A stretch of 64,000 nt of DNA from Moniliella sp. 'wahieum' (GCA_003971905.1 RSEE01000057.1:124001-188000); one strand, 5' to 3'; numbered from the stretch's first letter, positions 1-12,876 are shown. A program made the numbers and translations. The notes: a model not told the origin generated them from the letters alone.

Positions 1-1382
1 GCCCTCCCGCCCACCCCGTCCCACAAGGGCTCCCCACCGCTCGACAGCAGCGGCAACGATCCGCGCAACATCACCCCTCTTCCCTTTGGGACTGGGCCGA
101 CAGCAGCAAGTCTGCCCTCGGTGTCAGTCTAGGTGGCTGGTTGGTTCTCGAGCGGTGGATAGACGAGGACTGGTTTACCAAGTACGCCCCCAACGATTAT
201 GATGAATGGCACTTTACCCAGACCGTCGGTGCGCAGGCGAGCGAGGTGTTGACGGAGCGCTACGACCAGTGGGTTTCGGAGGAGGAGATTGAGACACTGT
301 ATCAGCATGGCATCAACAATGTTCGTGTGCCCATTCCCTTTTGGTCCTTCATCCCCGTCGTGGACGGCGAGCCGTACGTCAACTCGACCCAGCTTGAGCA
401 CCTCACCCGTTTGCTCGGTTGGCTGTGGAAGCGGCAGATGTACGCGATGCTGGATCTGCATGCCATGCCCTCTCAGGTACGTCCGATCCCCTCTCCCTAC
501 TCCCTTCTTTCTGCGTCTTTCCAAACGCCCCAAAATTCTTCTGACCTTTTTCCCTCTGTCCAGTCGGGCGATCAATCCACCGGACTCAACACCACCACAC
601 CTGCTTGGTGGACCCCAGAGAATCAAAACCGATGTGATGCGACGGTGCAAGCGGTAGTGGACTGGCTGTCGTACAACCCGTACAAATCCGTCGTCAGTGC
701 CATCTCGCCCGTCAACGAGCCCAATGGCGCTACCTTTGCCCAGCAGGGCAACAATCTCAACGTGACCGAAGCATTTTACGAGCGGTCGTATGCGACGTTG
801 CAAAAAGCCGGGTTCAGTATGTTTTTCCACCACGGGTTTGCCTCGGACCCAGCGTCGTACTGGAAGCCCTTTGCGACGGGGAAGAACGCGTCGATGTTGG
901 TGATCAACGACAACCCCTACCCTGGCTGGTTCCCCTCGGTAGACAACAGCACGACGATCAACCGGCGCGTGTGCAAGAAAGTGACCGACTTTGATGGTTT
1001 CCCCGTGCCGATGGCCAAGACCGAGTGGTCGCTCATCTCAGGTGTGACCGATCCCAGCTGGCCGGCGCAGTACTATTCGACGCAAGCTTCGGCCTATGGC
1101 GCTAGTGCCGGCTCGTTCTTTTGGAACTTTAAAATGATGAACGCTACCACGCCGGTACTTGCCTTGCCCAACGCGTCCCAAACGCTCTACTCGTTCCTGG
1201 ACCAAGTCCAAGCTGGCGCGGTGCCTGCCAAGCCAACCGGCCAATCCGTTGAAGCGTACCTCGCTACCCTTCCCCCGCCCGCATGTGGCACTTTGGCCGA
1301 CACGTACTCGGCCTCGGGTTCGCCTTCGGCCGCAGGACAACGACGTAAATCCCATGCACGTCGGACCCGGCGTCCGCTGTAA
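1..1382 (+). CDS. Glycoside hydrolase family 5, exo-beta-1,3-glucanase-like; 5' end probably lies outside the window
   Basis: SLGGWLVLERWI, INNVRVPIPFW, LDLHAMP, acid/base VNEP, nucleophile KTEWS and FFWNFK motifs. In-frame 87-nt intron 477-563 (GTACGT...CTGAC...CAG). Confidence 0.9.
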   Translation, partial: PPAHPVPQGLPTARQQRQRSAQHHPSSLWDWADSSKSALGVSLGGWLVLERWIDEDWFTKYAPNDYDEWHFTQTVGAQASEVLTERYDQWVSEEEIETLYQHGINNVRVPIPFWSFIPVVDGEPYVNSTQLEHLTRLLGWLWKRQMYAMLDLHAMPSQVRPIPSPYSLLSASFQTPQNSSDLFPSVQSGDQSTGLNTTTPAWWTPENQNRCDATVQAVVDWLSYNPYKSVVSAISPVNEPNGATFAQQGNNLNVTEAFYERSYATLQKAGFSMFFHHGFASDPASYWKPFATGKNASMLVINDNPYPGWFPSVDNSTTINRRVCKKVTDFDGFPVPMAKTEWSLISGVTDPSWPAQYYSTQASAYGASAGSFFWNFKMMNATTPVLALPNASQTLYSFLDQVQAGAVPAKPTGQSVEAYLATLPPPACGTLADTYSASGSPSAAGQRRKSHARRTRRPL

Positions 1383-1595
1383 CTTGATGTATCGTTTGAG
1401 TACCCTGATTCCTGATCCGCATAATGGTCGGTCCAGTTTCCCCCTCCCCCTATCCCCCCAGGCTGTGCCAGGCTGAGCAACTCTGAAGTGCATCCGGCCT
1501 GTTCTGTATGGTCTTCCTGCTCGTTTCCCTTCCACCTCCATCTTCACCTTCCCCACCATCTCTGCTTTCATTTCCACTCCCACCTTTACCTTTAC

Positions 1596-1629
1596 CTCCA
1601 CCTCCACCTCCACCTCCACCTCCACCTCT
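1596..1629 (+). repeat. (CTCCAC)n microsatellite
   Basis: Tandem CTCCAC hexamers read directly. Confidence 0.85.
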
Positions 1630-1873
1630 ATCCCCATCCCATTCCTATCCCCATCTCCTCACTTGTGCTGCGTTCGAGTTACTGTTTACTTTGTTTTTTG
1701 CGTACGTTTTGCTTGTTTCATGGATTGGTTAAGTTGTACTTGAGCTGGGCTCTTTTCTTGCGCTTATTGGCTTTTGCATCAGCGCATCAGCTGGCACATG
1801 GCATGATTGTAATGCTTGCGCTGACATCGGCTGCATAGTAGGGAGCGAGCACGCTCTCCAATCTTAATCAACC

Positions 1874-2666
1874 ACTAGTTACTAGTTACTATTACTTCGC
1901 TGGTCACTGTAGTCGGTAACTGTCACCGATCAATAGACACTAGTCACTAGTACAAGTAGGTGGTGCACTGCCGGGGAGATCTGAGATCTGAGATGTGCAC
2001 AAGTCGGTGACGCTCCGTGGTAACATACCACGTAACGCGGAACGCGGAACCAGTAATACAACGAGGTGAGCAACTTGAAGCTGGAAGCTGGAAACTGGAA
2101 GCTTGAAGCGTGGCTGTGCCACTGGAAAAGCGATTCGCGAAGCAGGCTGCAGGGGCTATTGTGGATTGTGGCACAGCATTGAACGGAGTTCAAGTTGAGG
2201 TTGAGAGTTGAGAGGTTGGGATCTGAGACCTGAAAGTTGAAAAGTGCATTGGACTTGCAGCTTCAGCTTCAAGCTTCAAAGCCTCAACAGCTTCAAAACG
2301 TTTTGAGAACTGAGATCCTGAGATTGAAGGCCTGAAGCCTGAGGCATGGGGAGGTTGCCGGTTTAGAAAGATGTATACGACGGTCCGTGGGACCGTGAAA
2401 GTGACGGGGGAGTGAAAGTCAGAGCAGGTCAGAGCACGTACTCTGCGCTCACAACTCGGTGTGCTTGCTGGGTAATGGGCTCATACTGAGCGCACAAGCG
2501 GAGGGCTCAGGTGGAAGGCTGAGCCTGACCATGCCCTGTCAGGATTCAGAGCTTCCAGGCCTAGTCAGGCTGGCCAATGATATAATGATCACATGTACAT
2601 CAACGACGTGCTTTTGTAAAGTAGTACCGATATAGTCCAGATTCAAAAAGCTTCAAGCTTCAAGCG
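1874..2666. repeat. Cluster of 7-bp-period palindromic repeats (ACTAGTN, AGATCTG, AAGCTTC/AAGCTGG, AGGCCTG)
   Basis: ACTAGT at 1874/1881 and 1939/1946, AGATCT at 1977/1984, AAGCTT at 2648/2655, with degenerate units in between. Confidence 0.75.
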
Positions 2667-3958
2667 AGCAGAATAGAGGTTGTAGGGGAACGATCAAGAT
2701 GAGCGAAATGATCGATAGTTTATCCGTCAATGCATCCGAACTTGTGTCTCCTTTTGCGAGAGCCCCCGCAGGCCAGCATAAGATAAGCATGGGGATCGGT
2801 GCATGGCATTGGAACAGGTAACTATCAGTAGTAACGGGAGTTACTATATCGAGCCCATGTGAGAGAGAGGATGGAAGCCTCACCTGTGACTTTGGTTCCC
2901 GAATACCGCAGGTACTGGATATACCCGGTATATATATCCCCTCCGCGATACACAGGGCTCAATTCAACGTGTGGTATCTGTATTCCGTCAGTGGCGAACG
3001 TAACCTCGCGTCAAGACCAAACCAAAGGGATTTTCTTTTATTAGCGCCTTGTGTTGGGTCGCTCGACGACGGGGGTGCAATCGGACCACATGGTCAGCAC
3101 GGGTAATCTACTTTTGGTTTGTTGGGAGAGTACCGCGCAATTGCTTTGGTGCAAGGGCAAGACGAACTCTTAACAGAACAATCTCTTCTGCGGAGCCCTT
3201 ACTGTCCCTGTCAAACCTCAAGGCCTCAATACTTAACAGTGCAGTACTCACGTTTACAGAAATGCCACGAGTGGGTCGATACGATCTGCGAGATTCTCCC
3301 AAGAGAGTTGTGTCCCCGATAACCGAGGTTCGAGGGTGTTCCCCCCCCCCGTTTGTAGCTCCCGTTGGTTGCCTCGTCTCTTCTGTCAACATGTCGAACC
3401 CCGTAGTATTAGCACCAGAGGGAACAGGCAACACTGCTCAACGTTCAACTGAACGTCCAACCCCAATGGGTATAGTAAGCGGCCTGATCACACGTGCTTA
3501 CGCCCGACCGACGGTCTCCTCCCTTCGGCCGTATACCTCGGTCGTCTCCAGTGCCGTTTATATACCACACACTCAACACGTTCACCGGATTCACCCCACA
3601 ACTTCAAGCGTCAAGCTTCAAGCTTCAAGCCCAAGCTTCATTACCTGAACACACGACCTATATGAGCATGAGTAATGGTTCAATGGTTCCTCTCCATTTC
3701 GGAACGGCCTATATGACGCCTACCATGGCATCTGTCTCTCTGCATCAGATACGTACAACATGAATGCGAACCCGGCTCAAGCCAAGGCTGCCGGAGCGCC
3801 TCCCGCAAGCAGCTATGCAGGGATACCGGTTCCATGGCACATGGCACATGGCACATGATCCATGATCCCTGATTCATCCCTCACCCCACGCTCCAAGAAG
3901 AAAAATGCATACGGGTGGACAGGATGCAATGCCATGCGAACATGAACGGGTCAACAAA

Positions 3959-4872
3959 CTAAGAGGTAGACGGGGGAGTAGGGGCGGTAGCGGTAGCGGT
4001 GGCCGTTGGGCCGGCCGGGGTGGCAGGGGTAGTAGTGGCGGCAGCCGGGGTGGCAGGTGCGGCGGGACCCTGAGTAGGGCCAGGACCGACGCTGGACGCG
4101 TAGCGTGCGACGAGCTGGCGCGCCGAGACGAAAGTCTTGCGCACGACGGGCGGGCAACGTGGGTCGGCGGTAGCCTTGTCGAGTTCGTCCGAAACGTGAG
4201 GATGGCGAAGCGGGAGAAGGAGGAGAGGTAGAAGCGCAAGCGGAGGAAGTGGATGTAGAGAATCGGGGTCGCGATCGAGTTGCGCAGGGTAATCGCGCCG
4301 AGCAAGACACGCAGAGCAATCACGAGTTCGGCATAGGCTACCAGACGCATCGCAGGGTCGTAATTCGCCTTGACCCAGGTTTGGATTTTGGTGCCGAGCT
4401 GCTTGGGCAGGGTCGTCGTCCCCGCGGGGGCGGGGAAGGCGAGCGGGATGAGGGTAGTGCGAATAAAGGTGAGCACATGGAAGAGCGAAAAGACAACATA
4501 GGGCAGCAGGGTCAACGTGATCGGGGCAGTGCAGAGCCAGTAGAGCGACAAGAGCATGTACTGGACATTCTCATCCATCGCGACGCGTTGGAGGTACGAC
4601 TTGGAGAGCGACGGGGTGCCCGTGGACTTGTACACGACAATCGCATAGCTCACCAGGGCGCCGATGTAGGCGAGGGAGTAGGACGTGGTCGGGGTCTGCC
4701 ACTTCCAGATCAGGAGGAGCGACTTGAGCGCCCACAGGCCGGACAGAAGCGTCACCACGTGGCCGCCGGCCCAGATCATGTGCGGAGTGGTTGCAGCGGG
4801 GCGCGGCTGGGGGCAGAGGCGTCAGCGCGCACGCGGCGGGGCAGGAGGGGGGCGGGAGCGTGTACGAACCAT
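3959..4872 (-). CDS. POM33: Pom33/Per33/TMEM33-family transmembrane nucleoporin/ER protein
   Basis: SYAIVVYKS, DENVQYMLLSLYW, LLPYVVFSLFHVLTFIRT, WVKANYD and FLRLRF motifs. Exon 1 is the ATG alone (4870-4872), followed by intron 4807-4869. Frameshift near 4150-4200 before the Ala/Thr/Pro tail. Confidence 0.85.
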
Positions 4873-5305
4873 GGCGGGCAGAAGAATCAGCGGCGGTGGT
4901 GGGGGGGGGGGCGGGGTGGTGGCTCTGCGGCCGCTGCGATCAGGAGCAGACGGGCCGGAAGGGCGGGGGCCGGGCGAGGCTCAGCCGCGGCAGCGCAGCG
5001 GCAGTGTCCGCTTATGTCAGCCGCTGGCGGGGCGTCCGCGTGCGTGTGCGGCAGCAGGCGCCTACGTCATACTGCCCTCGCCGCCACATCATCGAGCCGG
5101 GCCACAGCGAGCGGTGATGTTCCGATTGGGGGTCGGTGACGCGCGACTAGAAGCAGGCCTGCCCTGCCGCTTTGCACCGATCGCGCGTGTTTGCACCGAC
5201 TGGCAATTTATCCCACCGCCGCTGGGCCCCCGGCGAAAAAAATTAGGCAAGCCCGCCCGGTGCCCACCACCATCTCCCCCTCCCCGCCCCGTCTCGCCTG
5301 GCACG

Positions 5306-6863
5306 ATGGCCAAGCCCCAAGCCAAGCGGAGCAAGACCAGCAACTCCGACCCGTCCCAGCCGCGCCGCACGAGGAAAGTGCAGCTCCCCCGTCCGGAGGA
5401 GGGCAACCTAGGCCCCAAGGACGGGGTGCCGCGGAGCTTTGTGCTGCACTCGGGTGCGCTCACGCCGGCTGGCCGGCAACTGCTGTTGGATCTCCGTGGC
5501 GTGCTGGCGCCCTACACGGCCGAGAAGTTGCGGCAAAACCGGGGCAACACGCTCAAGGACTTTGTGTCGGCCGCGTCGATTTTCGGCGTGACGCATCTGC
5601 TCATGTTGGCCCAGCCGGCCAAGGGACGCCAACGCCGCACCACCGCCGTCGGCGGCATGACGGACATGGCGCGTCTCAACCTGCGCATTGGTGCGCTCCC
5701 GCGTGGCCCGACGCTCACGTTCCGAATCAACAAGTACGCGCTTCGGCGCGACGTGGCGCGCGCCACCAAACATTCTTCTCACCACCCTACCGCACCAGAG
5801 TACATGACCCCCCCGCTGCTCGTCCTCAGCGGGTTCAAGCAGCCCGCGCCTGCTCCTGGCGACACCAAGGCGCGTGACGATTTGCGCGCGTTGAGTCTGA
5901 TTGCGACTACGCTCCAACGTCTCTTCCCGGCGGTCAATCCGGCGCAGATGCGGCTCGGTGCAGCTCGGCGTGTGGTGCTGGTGCACTTTAACCCGACCAC
6001 GCGCACGCTTGACTGGCGGCACTTTGTCATTACTGTTCGTCCCACGGGAGTGAGCAAGCGTCTGCGCAAGGTGGTGGAAGGTCAAAAGAAAGGGATCAGC
6101 GCTCTGCCCGATCTGGGCCAAGTGCACGATTTGGCAGACTACGTGCTGGGCAAGGCGGACAATGAGAGTTCCTACGAGACGGATACGGATGGGGAGTCGG
6201 ATGTGGAAGGGGGCAAGACGGTTGAATTGTTTGACTCGTACGCTGGGCGGGGGAACCGGCGTGCGCACAAGGCCAAGGGCGCACACACGCGTGCTGTTCG
6301 TCTCACCGAGGTGGGGCCGCGCTTGGAACTGAGGTTGATCAAGGTGGAAGAAGGCTTGAATGGGGGCCAGGTGCTGTGGCATGACCGTATCCGCCTCAGC
6401 CCGCAAGAGCAGGCCAAGCAAAAGCAACTGCGTGCCGAGGGCCAGGCAGCACGGGCACAACGGCGCGAGGAACAAGAGGAGAATGTCAGGCGGAAGCGGC
6501 GTGCGCAGTGGGATGCCAAAAACGAAGCCCGCGTACGGCAGGGGCTCGAAGCCATTCCCTACCCGAAGATCAGAAGGTGCCCCTTTCCGATGAGGAAGAC
6601 GAAGAAGAGGGGAGGAGGACGACGAGTTTGCATATGAAGATGCGTTTGGTGCCCAGGCCAACAAGGAAGAGGAGGAGCTCTTCCAGCTTTCGGACCGGGA
6701 AGAGGAAGGGTCGGATGTTGACTCGGAGGACGACGATGAGGAGGACTCCGAGTCGGACCTCAGCCCTATTGAGGTCGGCGCAGGAGAAAGCGAGTCGGAC
6801 GAAGAGAGCGAGCCGGAGGTGGTGGAGCAAGGCACAAAACGCAAGCGCGGAGGGCGGCGCTAG
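5306..6863 (+). CDS. SSF1: Brix-domain 60S ribosome biogenesis factor Ssf1/Peter Pan
   Basis: PRSFV, PYTAEKL, LKDFV, GVTHLL, PRGPTLTFRI, RRVVL, RHFVI and VRLTEVGPRLELRLIKVEEG motifs. Acidic tail after a frameshift near 6580. Confidence 0.92.
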
Positions 6864-7255
6864 GAAGCTTGGAATGATCAAGCACCCAATTTACCTACTG
6901 CCCAAGTAGATTCCGGATGTGTAGGACTTGGACAGGCTGGCAGGTGCCACTAAAGGACCGGACTCGTCCGGCTCTTCTAACACATCAAAGGCCATATTCA
7001 AGAAACACCCTGAACTCTCGTATAGAGCATGACGACGAAATACAGCCAGTAGATCTCCACGCCATTTTTGTCTTTCCACACAACTCGTTGACGCCCTCAC
7101 CTGAAGCCCAAGAGACCTTTTGCGTTCACGGGTACAATCGGTCACATTGTCCAGCCGACATGTGGGCGCAGGGTGCCCCGCCCCGGTTGAAAGTGCTTGA
7201 AGGCGGCGGTGATCCATATAACTTCTACCTGAGTTAACCACAATCCTGCCTGTCC

Positions 7256-7311
7256 TTGCAGTTTGGATTCGACGTAAATACACTTTGCAGTTTGGATTCG
7301 ACGTAAATACA
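7256..7311 (+). repeat. Direct tandem duplication, period 29 bp (TTGCAGTTTGGATTCGACGTAAATACA x2)
   Basis: Identical 27-mers at 7256 and 7285, between the convergent SSF1 and MFS genes. Confidence 0.9.
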
Positions 7312-7424
7312 AACAGCGAGCCGAGGGGGGAGGTACAAAATCATTCGTGGGGCTTGAGGGGTATGATACACAGGGAAGGGGGACAGGTAGGGGGGGGGGG
7401 CGGACAGAATGTACTGACATCCGA

Positions 7425-9060
7425 CTAAAGTGGGTAGCGGAAGAAGCGCCGTTTTCCCAGTCGGTTTGGTTGCTAAGATCGTCAACGAAGTGGTGTTCGG
7501 GCTGGTCACCAAATTCACGGTCACGTTGGCGATTGAGGTAGACGTGAGTGAGGAAAAAGATGCCGTACATGACCCAGCTGATGGCCAAGAGGGAGACCAT
7601 GGCAACTTTGGCAGGAGTGTATTCGGGAGCATCCTTAGCACGGTAGATTTGGGCACCAATAATGTTACCTGTTGAGTAACCGACTTGGAAGATAGCGTTG
7701 GCCACAATTCGCTTGGTTTCCCCCGAGAAGCTACGGGCCAAGGTTCCGTACAGTACCATAGAGGCAGGTGCAAACCAAGGGACAAACATGTACAGTGTCA
7801 CCTTGGCCACGTTGCTAGCGTGCGATGCCAGTACGCCCGAACCGATAATTGAGATGAGCAGCGTGAAGGATCCCATGGCGGACGTGGGCACGTAGAGAGC
7901 GCCAAGGACGATGAAGAGGCATGCAACCACTTCGGACCCGCCCTGGGCTAGGCCCAAGAGAGATGTCTGTTCGGCATCAAAGCCAAGGGAGGAGATGACT
8001 GTTGTTCCAAAGTTGGTAAGTGCGCCATTGGCCACGTCCATGCAGATGATGCAGAGGAACAAGGTCCAGACACGTGGGTCAATCAGCGCCTCCCCACTTG
8101 GTACCACTCAAACTTGTGTGACACAATGCCCGTCTTATTTTTGGCGACCATGTCGACGGCAATCAACTTTTCCCGCTCAGTGAGCACCATTAGCTTGCCC
8201 GGCTCGGACGGCATAAAAATGAGAGTGATAACCGAGAAGAGGGTAGTGACCAGTCCAAGAATGATAAACATTTCTCGCCAGCGGGGGATGGCGGTATTGT
8301 GCTGCCGCTGCAGACCATAGGAGATGAGTCCACCCAGGATTTGAGCCCAACCGTTCTGAAAAGTAATGACGATGGATTGTAGGGTAAGTATTGGGTCCAA
8401 TGCATGCAAGGGTCAGGCATGGGTGGAAAGGAAGGCACGTACAAAGGAGAACCACAGAGCGGTACGGGTGTTGATTTGTTCTGCACTCCAGAAGCGCCCA
8501 GTTATGAGGATAAACCCGGGTGTGATGGCGGACTCAAAGATGCCAAGAAAGACACGGCAGACCATGAGGCCAGCCCAGTTGAAGGCAGCGGCATGGAGCG
8601 TCAGGGTGACACCCCAAAAGAAGACGCATACTGCAAGGTAGCGGCCCAGCTGAACTTTGTGGAAGATGATCGAGTGCACAGGAAGCGCGGCCAAATAGGC
8701 GAGGTAAAATGTGCTGCCCAGCCACGAGTATTGGGAAGAGTCGAAGTGAAGCGTGTTCTGGAAGCCCAACAGATGAGCGTAATTGATGGTGGTCTTGTCC
8801 ACAAAGGTGAGGCAGTACACAATGCACATCATGGGCAGAAGGTACCAGTCGATCTTGCGAAGTACCTTCTTGCACTCCTCTGGCGTAGCGTCCAATCTCT
8901 CCGTGTCCAAGACACGTGCCATTGTGTCGACATCAGCATTGGCCAGGTCGTTGACTTCGACAATTGGCTTGAATGAAGCCTCTGGTGGAGCATAGCCAGC
9001 ATCGGCCTGCTTGGATGAGGCAGACGCAATGGACTTGCTGTCGTGTTCCATTGTTGCCAT
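7425..9060 (-). CDS. MFS transporter, allantoate/anion:cation symporter (Dal5) family
   Basis: VLRKIDWYLLP, DKTTINYA, YSWLGSTFY, RVFLGIFES, WFSF|NGWAQ, GETKR, GNIIGAQIY, DAPEY and terminal TDWEN..FFRYPL motifs. Intron 8356-8442; frameshifts near 8095 and 7448. Confidence 0.92.
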
Positions 9061-10411
9061 CGCGGTGGTGGTTGGGGGGGTACCAGAGACGATGGAACGG
9101 AGAGGAGAACGAGGGGAGAGAGGAGAAGGGAGAGATGCAACGCGGTTGCCCAAAGCTCAGGCGAACTCTTTTGAAGTTAATCGATTATCGGGTAGACGCG
9201 ACCGAAGGCCTGATGCCTGAAAGATAGGATGCATGTTCCTGAAGGCGTGGCCTTACCTGTGCTAGGGGCACTAGGGGCTGGAGTCTCGTTGGCAGCCACG
9301 ATAGTGGTGTTCGCCACACCGGTGTACCTGACATGTGACTAAGGCAGGTCTGCCGCCGCGCCTGGGCTGTGTCGCGCATCCGCAATCTAGACGATCGAGT
9401 CTCTTTTCCGGCCATCCTTAATCCTTTGACAGCCGGGCAGCTAGCCGGCGGGGATAATCGTAATCGATTAATCGATAATGGTGGACAATGGATCCATGAT
9501 GACACGATGCGTTAGTCTGGGAGATTCATGGATGTTTCTACTGAGGATTGAGGACTGATAATGTTCACGCTCAGCCTGAGCGATGAGTCGATTCGATGAG
9601 CAGCACTGATCTCGTCCATCATGCTCATGCATCATGCATCATCGAGCTCAGGCGCGCTCATGGCGCTCATCCAGCGCTCTTAGATATTAGATCTCTTCGG
9701 CATTGATATAGATAGGTCACTAGGTCACATTTCGCCCTCCAGGGCCTCCTGCGTGTCAGGGCAATCAATCAATCCGTCTGTCTTACCCAACCAGTTATTC
9801 ATCAGAAGCCTTCGCGGCGCAACTTGCCCCCAAGCCAAAGCGATAGGCGCCACTGTGCCTGTATGGGCGCGTACCGGCGCTTACCTCGCCAGCCACCCCA
9901 GCCCGGGGGCGCAGTAACTAGTAAACGGCCAAATAGTAGCCGCGGCATAGATAGCGATTGTGGCACACTGGGCTAGTGCAGTGTGGCTCGCTTGCAACCC
10001 GCGTATCTCCTCTGCTGTGATTAAAATAAAAGAATTATCGATTAGGTTCCGAGGTGTCAAAAGATCTTTTCTTGAGGGGCAAGTCTGGGCAAGTGTGCTC
10101 AGGCGCTCAGGTGCGCCCTCGTGTGCCGGCGCCCGCCCCGGTCAGCGATGGGAAGCAGCGAGATGCCAAGCTAGTGCTAGTACCTAGTCGTGATGCATGA
10201 TGCAAGTGATGCACGGTCCGCGAAGGCTTTATCAGAATGATGCATGATGAAGCTTCGATGAAGTTCATCTTCGAAAGTGCCTCTCTTCGGCAAATTTAAT
10301 CGGGATGATGCATGATGGAGATGGTGTATGACCGGATGATCCATTGACTAGCTTGACTAGCTCCACCGCTCTTCCGAGAACCCCACATTCGTCCTTTTCT
10401 GTCAGCTGGCA

Positions 10412-10950
10412 TTATACCAAAACATCACGTAAAACAAATAGCCCCTGTGCAAGAAAGAAAAAGGACGCGATTGAAAGTGTATCGTTCTCCGAGATGGTCA
10501 CCGACGTTACCAGGCAACTGAAGGTATCCACTATGAGAGGGTAGTGGCTGACTTGGGTAGTGCTGTTGGGTCTCCCTTTCACGCGCGTCACGGAGATCCC
10601 TTTAATGAGATCAGGAGTGCTCGCCTCAATAGTTGGGTAGGGCAAGACCCCCCTTTATGCTAATGAATGTGAACCTCCTGCCTGTTCCATCTCGCTTCTC
10701 TGCCTCCTGTCTCCTTCCCTACAGACGTGTTTGAAGATTCGTGGTTCTCGCGTTTGGTCTTTTCGCCTTTTGCCTCAAAAGGCTGCTATCTCCAGTGTAG
10801 CTGATTCTGTATATCCCCCCAGAGTCCCCCAGGGTCGCGCTGACTGTATTGCCATGTTGATGATCGCACCCATCCTCTCGCAGGAAGTCTTGTTGAGTAC
10901 TCAGTGATGCAATGCGGGGAAGGAAAAAAGAATTAGCATAAGAACCCAGT
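10412..10950 (-). mobile_element. Possible highly decayed Ty3/Gypsy integrase relic
   Basis: ISVTRVKGRPNSTTQVSHYPLIVDTFS...TLSIASFFF resembles the Gypsy integrase core ISMDFVxGLPxS...LVIVDxFS...TAxxIAxxFF. The segment has lower GC and contains stops. Confidence 0.35.
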
Positions 10951-11502
10951 AACGCCCAACGGAGTACCGCGCGCCTGGTGAACACATGTGCACAGAGGGA
11001 GAAGAGTTCAGTCACTTGGCGCTAATAAGGCATCTGAAATCTCAAGGCAAGCAGTCCTAGTCAATGTAGGCAACGGGCGGCCGACGAGCAGAGAAGGAGA
11101 AAGCGATGGGGGGGGGAGAAGTGCTAAGCCTCGATGATGGATCATTTCTCCGTTCCTGTCGTTTCGCTAGAACCGAATGGCCTCCACCGGCCACCACTCA
11201 TCACTTATCATTAATCACGTTCTTCCTGGTCCTTTGTCCACCTCGATGTGATGGCCACCGACCAGCGTCCTCGTCCATCGGCCAGCTCAAGCGTCTGCGG
11301 CGCGGTTGGCGACGGCGGAGCAACCAGGTTTCTCCCAGCGGTTCTATGGCAGCAAACGTGGAGGTAAAACCGGTAAACGTTAAATTTCAACCCAGTCGAA
11401 ACTTGAAACAGAGTGCGATCATCGATCAGTCCAAACCCCACGTTGGTCCTACCACTAGCCACTTGGCGTCGCCCGACTGGTCGCGAGAGGTTTGGTTCCC
11501 CC

Positions 11503-12216
11503 ATGTCCTCCCACCTGACTGCGCCGCAGGCTACGGTGCTGCTGGTTGTGCTGAACCTGGTGGGATGGGCGTGGAGTGGACAAGGCCGCGCCGTCCGCAC
11601 GTCCCCAACCACCCCGCCTGCCCCACCTGCTCCACCTTTTCACCCCGATCCCTCGTATCTCCCCGACCTCCCCGACCTCACCTCTCTCACCTCTCTGAGC
11701 TATGGGCGCGCGTAGCGCGTGGCTTTCTGCACGTCGACGGCGCGCATTTGGTGGAGAACGTGGTGGCGTTGGTGGCGCTTGGGCTGTGGGTTGATGCGGG
11801 AGGATGGAGCGGTGCTGGTGGGGACGTACGTGTTAGGATCGGTCGTTGGTCTCGGGTGCGAGGGTCGGGGGAGGGGGAGCGGGAGCGGGGATCGGTATCG
11901 GGGGAGCCAGTGCGGGTCTAGCTGGGTGGGTGGGACTGTTGGCGCGGACTTATCCTCAGCCTCGCTTGTCCGTCTGGTTACGCTTACGTCCAAAGGCTCT
12001 TTGGCCGGGTGGGGTGGGCAGACGGCGCTGCTCGCTTGGGCAGCGGGGGTTAGGTGGGCCCTTGCAGCGTATCGACGTGGTCGAGGTCGAGGTCGAGGTC
12101 GAGGCCAGAGCCGGGTCGGGGGTCGGGATGCGCGTGCGCATCTGCTGGGCTTTGTGGCGGGCCTGGCTGTTGGCCTTTTCCTGCGGTACTGCGGTGTGGG
12201 GCTGGTTAGGCCTTAG
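11503..12216 (+). CDS. Rhomboid-family intramembrane protease-like protein (frameshifted)
   Basis: GFLHVDGAHLVENVVAL (HxxxN motif), D.RAHLLGFVAG (TM6 His) and several hydrophobic helices. The GxSG motif reads GADL. Confidence 0.6.
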
Positions 12217-12876
12217 GCCAGGCTGTTGGCTCGGCTCGTACCTCGTTGGGTGATCCACGGGAGGACGCAAGGGTCAGTGAGCCCAGGGACGTCGTGCTCC
12301 ACAGGCTTAGTAACTTCAAGCTTGACCGCCATTGCTACCAATACCATGGCCGAGCCGACGCGGGGAACGTTACGCTTTATGCTGCTCGTTGCTCGTTGCT
12401 CGGTACTTGGTGACCCCTGTTCCCATAGTCAGCCTACTCTATCGAACAGGACAAGCCTGAGCACAGGACCTCGCAGTAAGTAGTAGGCCAAGGACCGCGT
12501 CTGTTGAACGTTGACCCGAAGAAACAATAGGGATGTAGCGCGCAAAACGGACCCGACAGGGAGGCTTTGTGTCCATCCCATCCTAATGTACGCACCGAGA
12601 AGGAGGTCACTGGAGCCATGTGCCATGGACTGGCAGGTGGACCCAAAGTGTGTGAGTGAATACTACCGCTTGTCCATTTAGGGTGAGATAGGGTGAGATG
12701 GGGAGACCCAAGCGATCTGCCCGACGTAGGAAGACTGTAAGCTAGCTGTCTCCATCTTTCCGCGCCGACTGACTTGCCTTACTGCCACAACACCTACACC
12801 TACATGTACACCTACATTGGACGAGACGCGCGTCTAGCTCGGGAAGGTTGCAGGGTATCCAAACACGTATCACGTA

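Noticed and set aside
2660..3650. Lower-GC block with a 199-aa ORF between AAGCTTC arrays, as a possible gene or LTR/gag relic
   Set aside because: No recognisable motif, LTR pair, primer-binding site or target-site duplication.
5408..6844. Long antisense ORFs opposite SSF1 (and similarly opposite VRP1, GCN5 and POM33)
   Set aside because: Expected shadow frames of high-GC coding DNA.
7256..7311. CRISPR-like repeat
   Set aside because: Only two units with a 2-nt gap, no spacers, no cas genes, and a eukaryotic context.
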